Made by a program: the position numbers and the translations under genes | Origin: an uncultured Acidobacteriota bacterium | GTDB taxonomy: Bacteria; Acidobacteriota; Thermoanaerobaculia; Multivoradales; JAHEKO01 | Direction of reading: 5' to 3' | DNA length: 64,000 nucleotides | Assembly (NCBI GenBank): GCA_963713825.1 | Contig: CAVQNG010000004.1 | Coordinates: 64,001 to 128,000 of the forward strand | Shown: positions 38,814-47,644 of the stretch, piece by piece | How positions within the stretch are numbered: the first letter of the stretch is position 1 | How the letters are laid out: each line of letters opens with the position of its first letter | The notes under the pieces: model-generated | Told to the model about the DNA's origin: nothing | The model's input: only the letters and a program-made list of their open reading frames with translations | Database searches by the model: none

Positions 38814-40622
38814 TCAGTTCCGTCCTACTAGTTCGAAGATCCCCAGCGTGAACCACGGAACGTAGGTGATCAAGAGAACGCCTATCGCCAGGATGATCAG
38901 CATCGGGATCGCGGCTCGCCAGATCTGGAGCAGCGGTCTCTCGAACCGATAGGCGGCCAGAAAGAGGTTGAGCCCGACGGGCGGGGTCAGGTACCCCAGC
39001 TCGAGATTAGCCACGAAGATGATGCCGAGGTGAATGGGGTCGATTCCGAAAGCCGCTCCCAGCGGCACGATCAAGGGCACGATCACGACAATGGCCGAGA
39101 AAATGTCCATCAGGCAGCCGACCAGGAGCAGCAACAGATTCAGACAGAGCAAAAAGGTCAAAGGCGAGTGAATGTAGGTCTGCACCCAATCGACGATCCT
39201 CGACGGTACCTGGGCATCGACCAGGTAGTTGGTGAAACCCATGGCCACGGCCAGAATGATCAACACGCCACCAATCAGCACGAGGCACTCGACGAGGACC
39301 TTGGGCAGGTCTCGTCGAAAAGAGATGTCGCGATGCACGACGGCTTCGATGGCGAAGGTGTACAAGACCGTCAAGGCCGCCGCCTCCACCAGGGTCGCGT
39401 AGCCGCTGAAAATCGAACCAAGCACCACCAGGGGCAATGCCAGCTCCCATTTGCCCTGCCAGATGGCGCTTCTTGCCTCCCGGAGACTGAAGGGCTGACG
39501 CCCGGCCTTCGTCACAATGCCTTCTCGGACCCCCCATGCGGCTACCAGCAGAAGCAGCAGAAGGCCCGGCACCAGCCCCCCCAGAAACAGGTCCGGAATG
39601 GCGATCTGGGCGACAATGCCGTACAGCATGAGGGGCAGAGCAGGCGGAAACAGCAGACCCAGAGATCCAGAGGCCGTCAACAGCCCGATCGAGAACCGCT
39701 CCCGATAGCCGTCGGACCGCAGAGCCTGAAACAACAGGCCTCCCAACGCCAGAATCGTGACACCGGAGCCACCAGTCAGAACCGTGAAGAAAGCGCAGGA
39801 GATCGCCGCTACAACTGCGGTTCCGCCCGGCACCCAGCCGAACAGGGCCCGGAAGATCTTCAACAAACGCTGCGAGGACCCACCCTGCGCCAGGATGAAC
39901 CCCGCCAGAGTAAACAGCGGGATTGCGGGCAAGGTTGGCGATACGACCAGCCGATACGACTCCGCCGGAACCGCCGCCGCCGGCACACCCTCGGCAAGGA
40001 ACAGCAATACCGCAAGCCCACCGAGGGCGGCGAAGATGGGCCCTCCGAGAAGGGTCGCCACCAGCACGAGCCCCACGATAGGCAAGATCGTCACGCCTTC
40101 CAGCCACAGTGGAAACTGGCCCAGCAGAACGCCTGCGAGGAGTCCTATCAGGGCCGGCACACGCGCGCTCCCACGATCCGCCGAATGCCAAACGAGTCGC
40201 AAGGCAATCAGCACGAATCCAATCGGCATCGCCAACTGTGCGACCCACACGGGGAGACCGACAGCAACCTCCGTACCCGCCTGCCGCTCGATGACCACCA
40301 GATCCCAAGACGCCCGGGCCAAAAGGGCTGTGATGCCAGCCGCCACGGAATAGGCGCCAATTCTGGCCGCCTCTCGCCACCGACCCTCCGGTAGAAACTC
40401 GCCAGTGGCCAGAGCCAGGAGCTTGTCTTCGCGGGTCGCCAGCGCAGCGCCCAGAAACGTCACCCAGAGCGTGAGGTGCTGAACGAAAGGGAGTGAGCCC
40501 GGAATGCCGATGCCGAAAACGGCCCGTAGACCGGCTTCGGCCAAGGGCAAGATGGCCATCAATGCCAGCGCTAGACCTGCCAGCCCACTCTCGAAGCGCC
40601 GCAGGCCGTTCTTCAGTGACAC
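38814..40622 (-). CDS. TRAP transporter fused small and large permease (DctQ-DctM)
   Basis: Highly hydrophobic; AIPLFTLAG, GSLGLLFPP, ATLVEAAA and LGYLTPPVGLNLF motifs; DctQ-like N-terminus. Confidence 0.92.
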   Translation of the reverse strand: MSLKNGLRRFESGLAGLALALMAILPLAEAGLRAVFGIGIPGSLPFVQHLTLWVTFLGAALATREDKLLALATGEFLPEGRWREAARIGAYSVAAGITALLARASWDLVVIERQAGTEVAVGLPVWVAQLAMPIGFVLIALRLVWHSADRGSARVPALIGLLAGVLLGQFPLWLEGVTILPIVGLVLVATLLGGPIFAALGGLAVLLFLAEGVPAAAVPAESYRLVVSPTLPAIPLFTLAGFILAQGGSSQRLLKIFRALFGWVPGGTAVVAAISCAFFTVLTGGSGVTILALGGLLFQALRSDGYRERFSIGLLTASGSLGLLFPPALPLMLYGIVAQIAIPDLFLGGLVPGLLLLLLVAAWGVREGIVTKAGRQPFSLREARSAIWQGKWELALPLVVLGSIFSGYATLVEAAALTVLYTFAIEAVVHRDISFRRDLPKVLVECLVLIGGVLIILAVAMGFTNYLVDAQVPSRIVDWVQTYIHSPLTFLLCLNLLLLLVGCLMDIFSAIVVIVPLIVPLGAAFGIDPIHLGIIFVANLELGYLTPPVGLNLFLAAYRFERPLLQIWRAAIPMLIILAIGVLLITYVPWFTLGIFELVGRN

Positions 40623-40658
40623 AGAATCTCCGGCCGCGGCAATCGGCAGCTCGCCAGG

Positions 40659-41645
40659 TCAGTTCTGGGTATGGCCATCGCCCACCTCTTCGTAGTCCAG
40701 AAAGAGGATCTCCGTCCGTGTCAGCAGCCACTCTGCCCGCCGCTGAGCAAGCACGTTGGCCAGACGTAGCGAGGGTTCCACATCCGGATCGATAGCCAGG
40801 GCTTGCTGAAGCAGGTCTCGAAACTCCCGCCAATCCTGAGCGGGAACCGACACGGCCTCGGCCAGAGTTACGTAGGGCGTGGCGTTCTTGCCGTAAGACA
40901 ACTCGACTGCCCTGTCGAAGTGTGCTCTGGCCTGATCCACCGAGCCGCCTGCCGCCTCCGGCATCGCCTCCAGTGCGATCAAGACACCGTGCACGGCGCC
41001 CCAGTCGTAGGCCTCATCCAGTACCAGGACCCGGCCCATCAGGGCCTTGACCGCCGGGATATCGGCGACGAGGTCTGGGCGATCCTGCCCAATCGAGATG
41101 GCCCCTCCCCAGGCAGCTCCCGTCCAGAAAAGCAGTGGCACACGGCTCTTGTCGAAGCTCTCGACAGCGTTTGCAGGGTCGGTCTGCAGGCGCTCGACAA
41201 CGCCCACTGACTCCAACTCCAGCGAACGAAAGCAGTAGTCCCGGCCGCGGAGGTACAGGTGCAGAGCACGAGAGTACCCGCGGGTAGCCGCCTCGAAATC
41301 CGTATCCTCGAGCTGTTCCGCCTCGGTTTCGACAAAAGCGAACGCGTACTGGGCGAAGCCCTGGCAGGCAGCCAGTAACAGGCCCTGATGCTCCGGCTTC
41401 TCGGCCAGAAGGGACTCCAGGGTCTTGAGGGCGAACGGCGTGGCATCCCGGATCAGCTCCGGATCACCATCGGACGCGAACACGTCACCCGTCGAAGTGA
41501 GGGAATCCGCCAGGGCGTTGACTGCCAGCCCACGAACCGAGCAAGCCCAACCAGACAGGGCCAAGCAGACCATTGCTGCGAAAAGCACCAGTGGACGGGC
41601 CGTGGAGTGCCTGTACAGCCAATCCTCGGGTCGGTTTCGCCACAT
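40659..41645 (-). CDS. TRAP-associated TatT component (TPR-like lipoprotein)
   Basis: Lipobox GWAC; D.DPELIRDATPFALK, YAFAFVE, LFWTGAAW and GGSVDQARAHFDRA; adjacent to DctQM. Start uncertain. Confidence 0.85.
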   Translation of the reverse strand: MWRNRPEDWLYRHSTARPLVLFAAMVCLALSGWACSVRGLAVNALADSLTSTGDVFASDGDPELIRDATPFALKTLESLLAEKPEHQGLLLAACQGFAQYAFAFVETEAEQLEDTDFEAATRGYSRALHLYLRGRDYCFRSLELESVGVVERLQTDPANAVESFDKSRVPLLFWTGAAWGGAISIGQDRPDLVADIPAVKALMGRVLVLDEAYDWGAVHGVLIALEAMPEAAGGSVDQARAHFDRAVELSYGKNATPYVTLAEAVSVPAQDWREFRDLLQQALAIDPDVEPSLRLANVLAQRRAEWLLTRTEILFLDYEEVGDGHTQN

Positions 41646-41877
41646 CCCGCGATCCTTCATCATAGGCACCGGAGTCTTCAATGTACCCGCGCACACGGTG
41701 GGGGTCAAGCAAAGCGGCGACCCCACAGCAAGCACGAATCTTCACAGGCGCCAATCGCTGATAGGAGGCTGCAACCTGTCCGGTAACAAGACGTACTAGG
41801 ATCTAGTGGTAGCGACGGACGATCAGCGGTCCACCATAGCCTCGGAACCTACTCGATTCAACATTGGAGCCAGGAAC

Positions 41878-43014
41878 GTGCAGAAGAGCACCCAGGAGTA
41901 CGTCCAACAGGCGCGCCACTTCTTGAGCCAGTACACCGAGGGCTTGAACGTGCGGGATCTACGGCGCTTGTTCGACCAGGACGCCGCTCATGCCTATAAG
42001 GTCCTGACCCGCGATCAGGACGAAGCCGAAGAGCCCAAGGATGCGGCGCGGCGCTTCTTCCATCGGGCAAAGATCGTCTTCCTCGGCATCTCCTACAAGT
42101 TGGGTCCAGCGCGGCGCATGCTGTTCGTCCTCTGCCTGGGTTTCGCCATTCTCGGCCTGATCAGCCCACCGACTTTCGAGTTCTACTCGGACCAGGCGAG
42201 CCTCGAGCTCGACTTCTCGCCGTTCTGGTTTCTTCTCAGCATCGGCGGCCTGCTCTGGCTCCTCATCGTGGAGCTGGTCGATCGGGTTCGCGTTCGCGAT
42301 GAGCTCGAGGTGGCGCGCAAGCTGCAAAGCGACCTGTTGCCGGACACTTCGCCCGAGGTGCCTGGCTACAGCTTCGCCCACTCCTATCGCACAGCCAATG
42401 AGGTCGGCGGCGACTACTATGATTTCCAGACGCTGCCCGACGGCCGGCTGGCGATCCTGATGGGCGATGCGAGCGGCCATGGCATCGCCGCCGGCCTGCT
42501 GATGGCGATTTCCAACGCCACGCTCAAGACAGCGCTCGACGTCGACCCCGAACCGAAAGCCGTCGCCGCCCTGCTCAACGCGGCCCTCTACCGTACCGGC
42601 GACCGGCGAGCCTTCATGACCCTCTTCTACGGACTGCTCGATCCCCTCAGTGGTGAGCTCAACTTCGTCTGCGCCGGCCACCCTTATCCCCTCCTTCGGA
42701 AGGCCGGAGGAGAAATACAGGAACTCGGGACCGGCACCCTTCCCCTTGGCTTGCGTCGAAGCATCGATCTGCAGGCACAATCCGCCGTGCTCGAAAACGG
42801 CGACCTTCTCGTTCTGTTCACTGATGGTCTGCCGGAGTCGGTCAACGGACCGGACGGCGATGCTTTCGGGTTCCAGAAGATCAAGCAGCTGCTGGCGACA
42901 GTCGGCTCCCCCGACCGGGTGCACGACCGCATTCTGCTGGCGTTCGACGAGCACATCGGCCACGAGCCCCTGACGGATGACCTGACTCTTGTGGTGATTT
43001 CAAAGGCCGCGTGA
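41878..43014 (+). CDS. PP2C/SpoIIE-type Ser/Thr phosphatase with two TM segments
   Basis: VGGDYYD, GDASGHG, AGHP, FTDGL and DDLT motifs. Start placed at GTG 41878. Confidence 0.92.
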   Translation: MQKSTQEYVQQARHFLSQYTEGLNVRDLRRLFDQDAAHAYKVLTRDQDEAEEPKDAARRFFHRAKIVFLGISYKLGPARRMLFVLCLGFAILGLISPPTFEFYSDQASLELDFSPFWFLLSIGGLLWLLIVELVDRVRVRDELEVARKLQSDLLPDTSPEVPGYSFAHSYRTANEVGGDYYDFQTLPDGRLAILMGDASGHGIAAGLLMAISNATLKTALDVDPEPKAVAALLNAALYRTGDRRAFMTLFYGLLDPLSGELNFVCAGHPYPLLRKAGGEIQELGTGTLPLGLRRSIDLQAQSAVLENGDLLVLFTDGLPESVNGPDGDAFGFQKIKQLLATVGSPDRVHDRILLAFDEHIGHEPLTDDLTLVVISKAA

Positions 43015-43024
43015 ACCTTTCGGA

Positions 43025-44482
43025 CTAGTCGCGCTCGACGACCATCGCGAAGCCAATTCCCCCCGCCGCGCAGACGGTGATCAGGCCGAGATTCAGACTT
43101 CGGGAGCGCAGCTCCTCGAGCAGTTGAATCGTGACTCTCCCACCAGTCGCCCCAAAAGGATGACCGAGAGCGATCGACCCACCGTTGACGTTGAAACGCT
43201 CCAGGTCGATCTGCCCCAGAGGCGCGCTGCGACCCAACTCCTCCGCCGCGAACTTGGGAGACGCAAAAGCCTTCATGTTGGAGAGTATCTGCGCCGCGAA
43301 GGCCTCGTGCATCTCCACCAGATCCATGTCGGAGAGCTTCAGCCCGGCTCGATCTAGAGCTACGGGAGCGGCGTAGGCGGGCCCCTGGAGGAGCTGCGTC
43401 GCAGGATCCAGGCTGGCGTAGGCGAAAGACCGGATATAGCCGAGAGGCGAATAGCCCATGGAGCGAGCCTTGTCTTCGCTCATCAGCAGCACCGCTGAGG
43501 CTCCATCGGTGATCGGGCTGGAATTGCCGGCGGTGATGGATCCGTAGCGCCGATCGAACACCGCCGGTAGCTTCGACAGTGCCTCTGCCGTCGAGTCGGG
43601 TCGAATTCCATTGTCGGTCGTTACCGCCTCGTCGAAGTCCGGCCGGGGAAAGGTAGTCACGATTTGGCCTGACAGCCGGCCCTCCGCTGTGGCGGCCGCG
43701 GCTCGTTGATGTGATAGCAGAGCGATCTCATCCTGAGCGCGGCGCGAGATCGAATTCTCCTTCGCCATCTTCTCGCACGCTTCTCCCATGGACATGCCCG
43801 TCGTGTACTCGGCGATGGCTGGCGGCACGGGAACGAGATCGCGCGGCCGAATCTTGGTCGCCACGGCTATCTTCTGGGCTGGACTCTTCGCCTTGCTGAG
43901 CTCCATCAATCGGCGAGAGGCTCCTTGGGAAACCAGGATCGGAACATTACTGAGAGACTCGGCGCCTCCAGCCAACACGACCTCGCACTGCCCACTGAGA
44001 ATCGCCTCGGCTCCAGAGGTGATGGCCCGATTGGAGGAGGCACAGGCCAGGCTCACCGTGGTGCCGGGAATCGTCATCGGCATGTTGGCCCGAAACACCA
44101 CCTCCCGGCCCAAGTTCGGCGCCTGGAGTAGCGGCACGACGACCCCGAAGATCGAAGAGTCCACCTCGTCGGGGGGCAGTGCATTGCGAGCCATGAGCTC
44201 GGCGGAGGCGACACCCGCCAGATCGATGACATCCATGTCGCGCAGATCGGTTCCGGCCCTGCAGAACGGCGTTCGACAACCATCCACGATGGCTACCCGT
44301 CCACCGACACCCTGCATCGTCCGGCTTGCCACTCTGGCAATATTCGGAGCGCATCCGGGGCCACGGGTCCAGACAGTGTCGGCGCGAGCACCGATCTCTT
44401 CGGCGGCCGAGTCGTCGAGCTGTGGCGGCAGCACAGGCTCGGGATCCGGGGGATCACTCTTCGAATGGGAATTCTCGGACAT
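43025..44482 (-). CDS. Acetyl-CoA C-acyltransferase (thiolase, FadI-like)
   Basis: RTPF, ACASS, AGNSSPITDGAS, HEAFAAQ, GHPFGATG and VCAAGG motifs; GAGGAG Shine-Dalgarno before ATG 44482. Confidence 0.93.
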   Translation of the reverse strand: MSENSHSKSDPPDPEPVLPPQLDDSAAEEIGARADTVWTRGPGCAPNIARVASRTMQGVGGRVAIVDGCRTPFCRAGTDLRDMDVIDLAGVASAELMARNALPPDEVDSSIFGVVVPLLQAPNLGREVVFRANMPMTIPGTTVSLACASSNRAITSGAEAILSGQCEVVLAGGAESLSNVPILVSQGASRRLMELSKAKSPAQKIAVATKIRPRDLVPVPPAIAEYTTGMSMGEACEKMAKENSISRRAQDEIALLSHQRAAAATAEGRLSGQIVTTFPRPDFDEAVTTDNGIRPDSTAEALSKLPAVFDRRYGSITAGNSSPITDGASAVLLMSEDKARSMGYSPLGYIRSFAYASLDPATQLLQGPAYAAPVALDRAGLKLSDMDLVEMHEAFAAQILSNMKAFASPKFAAEELGRSAPLGQIDLERFNVNGGSIALGHPFGATGGRVTIQLLEELRSRSLNLGLITVCAAGGIGFAMVVERD

Positions 44483-44544
44483 CGGCCTAGTCTCCTCGAT
44501 AGCGAATCAACTCTACCCCACGCCATGGAAACCGCTGATACTCT

Positions 44545-45249
44545 ATGGCTGTGACCGACTCTCTCGACGCAACACCCGACGCCCCAGAGGCTCCCCAGTC
44601 GAAGCCACGCACAGGGACGCACTTCAGGCGGATTCTGGTTACGGGACTGGTGATACTCGTCCCGGTTACTCTAACCGTCTACATTCTCAAACAGATCTTC
44701 GACTTCATGGACGGGATCTTCGCTCCCGTCATCGACAAGGCGATCGGCGTCTACCTTCCTGGTTTCCACATACCGGGTCTGGGCCTCCTGCTCACCCTTC
44801 TTGTGGTTCTGCTTCTGGGATGGCTCTCGACCAATGTCGTCGGAAGACGAGTGATCCAAGGGATCGAAGCCCTGATCTGCCGCATCCCGGTCGCCAAGTC
44901 CATCTATGCGGCGACCAAGGGGATCCTCGAGGCGGTATCTTTCGACCAGAGTGAGGCGTTCCAGCGAGTGGTCCTGATCGAGTACCCCAAGGAGAACATC
45001 TTCGCCCTCGCCTTTGTCACCAAGTCGGCCCAGTGGCCGAACGTTCATCCGAAAACCTCCGACGTTCTCTTGGTATTCGTCCCGACGACCCCCAATCCGA
45101 CTAGCGGCTTTCTTCTCCTGGTGCCGCGCGGTGAGGCCATACCCTTACCCATATCGGTCGAAGAGGGAATTCGAATGGTGATCTCGGGAGGTATCCTGAT
45201 TCCGGACTTGTCAGGACCGAAAGCGGTGCAAAGCAACCCGCAAAGCTAG
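44545..45249 (+). CDS. DUF502 domain membrane protein
   Basis: RIPVAKSIY, VVLIEYP and FVPTTPNPTSGF motifs. Confidence 0.92.
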   Translation: MAVTDSLDATPDAPEAPQSKPRTGTHFRRILVTGLVILVPVTLTVYILKQIFDFMDGIFAPVIDKAIGVYLPGFHIPGLGLLLTLLVVLLLGWLSTNVVGRRVIQGIEALICRIPVAKSIYAATKGILEAVSFDQSEAFQRVVLIEYPKENIFALAFVTKSAQWPNVHPKTSDVLLVFVPTTPNPTSGFLLLVPRGEAIPLPISVEEGIRMVISGGILIPDLSGPKAVQSNPQS

Positions 45250-45346
45250 ACCCCCAGAAGCAGCCAAGCCCCCAAGGAAAGAGACCGGCCCTGTCACCCC
45301 TCTAACAGAGGGCTGGCATGCATCCTGCTAGACTTTCTCCATTGCG

Positions 45347-47059
45347 ATGAGAAAAGCCGCAACACACCTCGTCCTCGCTTGCCTTGTCCTGGGACTGGCA
45401 CCCGTTCCGGGCAGTGCCCAGGAAATTGCAAAAGAGGAACTGTTCGAGAAGACGCTCAAGGCCGCCCTACAGGCGCTCGCCTTCTATGGCCGATACGACA
45501 ACCCGGCCGAGATGCAGCGTATGGCCGACATCGGCTATCGCATCGCTCAAGAATCGAAGTTCCAGGACTACCCGTACACCTTCTACCTGGCCGACATGCC
45601 GGAGCCCAACGCCTTCGCGCTGCCGGGAGGCCAGATCTTCATCACTCGGGGGATGCTCGACCTCGGCCTGAACGACGACATGTTGGCAGGTCTTCTTGGT
45701 CACGAGATCGGGCACGTGGTGATGCAGCACGGGACACGGATGCAGCGCAAGGCGACGCTGCTCAACATCCTGAGTCAGGCTCTGCTGGCAGGCGTCATTA
45801 TCGGTGCCAGCCAGGGCAACAACCGTAACGATGTGCCCACTGATCCCTATGGCCGGGGCAACTCGACCGGCGATCTGATCCAGGGCACAGCGGCGGCTGG
45901 TGCCGTCATCAGCGAACTGCTGTTGCGGAGTTACAGCCGCGAGTTCGAAGACGAAGCCGACGACGAGGGCCAGCGACTGGCCGCAGCCGCAGGCTTCGAC
46001 CCCTCCGGCACCCAGCAACTGATGGAAAAAATGCTGGCCCACATGCCGCAGACCAAGGAATACGGATACTGGCGTACCCATCCCTTCTTCGACGACCGTG
46101 CACAAGCCGCCAACGTGCGCGACGACCTGCTGAAGATCCAGGACCCCAGCTCGGCAGCCGAGTATCGCGCCAAGACGCAAGAGGTGCTCCTGGACTTCGC
46201 CGAACGCTCGAAGATCGAGCCCGAGCTGATTCCCCATCTCAAGGAGGAAGCGCTGATCGCCTGGCCCCAGGGCCCGGCCGCCGATGGCCTGCGCCTGGAG
46301 AAGCTCCATACCTACCGCGAACTTGTCGAGGGTCAGAAACCACTCTCGCGCGACTGGACCCGACTCATCACCTCCTACCAATCGGAGCTCGATCAAGTTC
46401 GTGGGCTCACTCCCGAAAGTCCGCTCGTGGCCCAATTGGACAGCGAGATCGCCACGTTCGAAGCGCAGCGTCGAGAACTCTACCCACAGGCGGTAGCGAC
46501 CTTCGAAGGAGGTATCTTCGAGACCGAGTTCCTCGAGACTTTTGCCAGTAACTACCCGGATTCGCCCCAGATTCCCGCCGCGGCCCTGGCGCTCGGAGAC
46601 GCCTACAGCAGATTGGGACGCCAAAGTGAAGCCGTCGAGCGTTACCTCGAAGCCTCATCGGCCGCCCCCGACAGCGAGGCTGGAGAGCGAGCGGCCAGGG
46701 GACTGCGTGGCCTGGCGCCCTATCTAGAGGAGCTCACCGCCCTGCAAAGGCTGGCGTTGGAATCCGAGGACTCGGAGCTTCGAGAATTGGCTTCCCAACG
46801 GCTCGCCACCCTGGCCACCGACTACGAGGAGCTGGCCAACGGCGCGACGTACCTGAAGACCTATCCTGATGGCGACCAGGCGACGGTCGTGAGCCACAGG
46901 CTCGACCAGCTCGCCGATGCCCTGTTTGGGGAGATCATTCTCTACCAGAGCGTTGGCGACCACGTGAAAGGCATCGAGCGGATCCAGCAGATCCTGACCT
47001 ATGCACCACAGTCTCCCGCTGCCGAGCGCCTCCGTGCCCGCATGGTCGTTGAAAGCTGA
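45347..47059 (+). CDS. M48 family metalloprotease (BepA-like) with TPR-like C-terminus
   Basis: Signal peptide; PNAFALPGG, HEIGH, YSREFEDEAD and THP motifs. Confidence 0.9.
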   Translation: MRKAATHLVLACLVLGLAPVPGSAQEIAKEELFEKTLKAALQALAFYGRYDNPAEMQRMADIGYRIAQESKFQDYPYTFYLADMPEPNAFALPGGQIFITRGMLDLGLNDDMLAGLLGHEIGHVVMQHGTRMQRKATLLNILSQALLAGVIIGASQGNNRNDVPTDPYGRGNSTGDLIQGTAAAGAVISELLLRSYSREFEDEADDEGQRLAAAAGFDPSGTQQLMEKMLAHMPQTKEYGYWRTHPFFDDRAQAANVRDDLLKIQDPSSAAEYRAKTQEVLLDFAERSKIEPELIPHLKEEALIAWPQGPAADGLRLEKLHTYRELVEGQKPLSRDWTRLITSYQSELDQVRGLTPESPLVAQLDSEIATFEAQRRELYPQAVATFEGGIFETEFLETFASNYPDSPQIPAAALALGDAYSRLGRQSEAVERYLEASSAAPDSEAGERAARGLRGLAPYLEELTALQRLALESEDSELRELASQRLATLATDYEELANGATYLKTYPDGDQATVVSHRLDQLADALFGEIILYQSVGDHVKGIERIQQILTYAPQSPAAERLRARMVVES

Positions 47060-47134
47060 TCGTCCGAACCCAAAGAGCATCCATAGGTGAGATTTGAAGA
47101 CAACCGAGTCGAACAACGGATCGAAGGACAAGCG

Positions 47135-47602
47135 ATGAGCACCACGATTACCGAGCTGAATCAGGCCGCGAAACGGGGCGTCGAGGCGTGCAAGAGAGGC
47201 CAATGGAAAGAGGGCCTGGCCGTCCTCGGCAAGATCGCCGAGGCCGACCGTCAAGGCGCGGAGCTCAACGGCCAGTTCTATTCCTATCTTGGCTACGGAA
47301 TTGCCCGCTACGAACGTCGGGTCAAGGAAGGTCTCGCTCTTTGCCAGCACTCCATCAAGGTCCAGTTCTACGAGCCCGAGAACTACGTCAACCTGGCCCG
47401 GGTCTATTTGCTGGCCCGCAATCGGCGCAAAGCGGTGGAGGCCCTGACTCGAGCGCTCAAGTTGAACGTTTCCCATCCAGGGGCCCGAGCCCTTGCCCAG
47501 GAGATTGGCTGGCGCAGACCTCCCGTGATCCCCTTCCTCTCACGGAACAACTTTCTCAATCAGTTGCTGGGCAAAATGCGACACCAGCTCGGGCAGAAAT
47601 AG
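47135..47602 (+). CDS. Tetratricopeptide repeat protein
   Basis: YSYLGY, YVNLARVYL and ALKL helical repeats; AAGGA Shine-Dalgarno before ATG 47135. Confidence 0.8.
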   Translation: MSTTITELNQAAKRGVEACKRGQWKEGLAVLGKIAEADRQGAELNGQFYSYLGYGIARYERRVKEGLALCQHSIKVQFYEPENYVNLARVYLLARNRRKAVEALTRALKLNVSHPGARALAQEIGWRRPPVIPFLSRNNFLNQLLGKMRHQLGQK

Positions 47603-47644
47603 CGCCAGCCCTAGAAGGACACACGTCGAGCTCGGCAACCGCCG

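Noticed and set aside
39007-40833. 608-aa alternative-frame ORF over the TRAP permease, and similar long shadow ORFs (58698-60278, 43788-44954, 45467-46624, 27945-29165)
   Set aside because: They are R/G/P/A-rich or antisense translations with no motifs and overlap well-supported genes, as expected in high-GC DNA.
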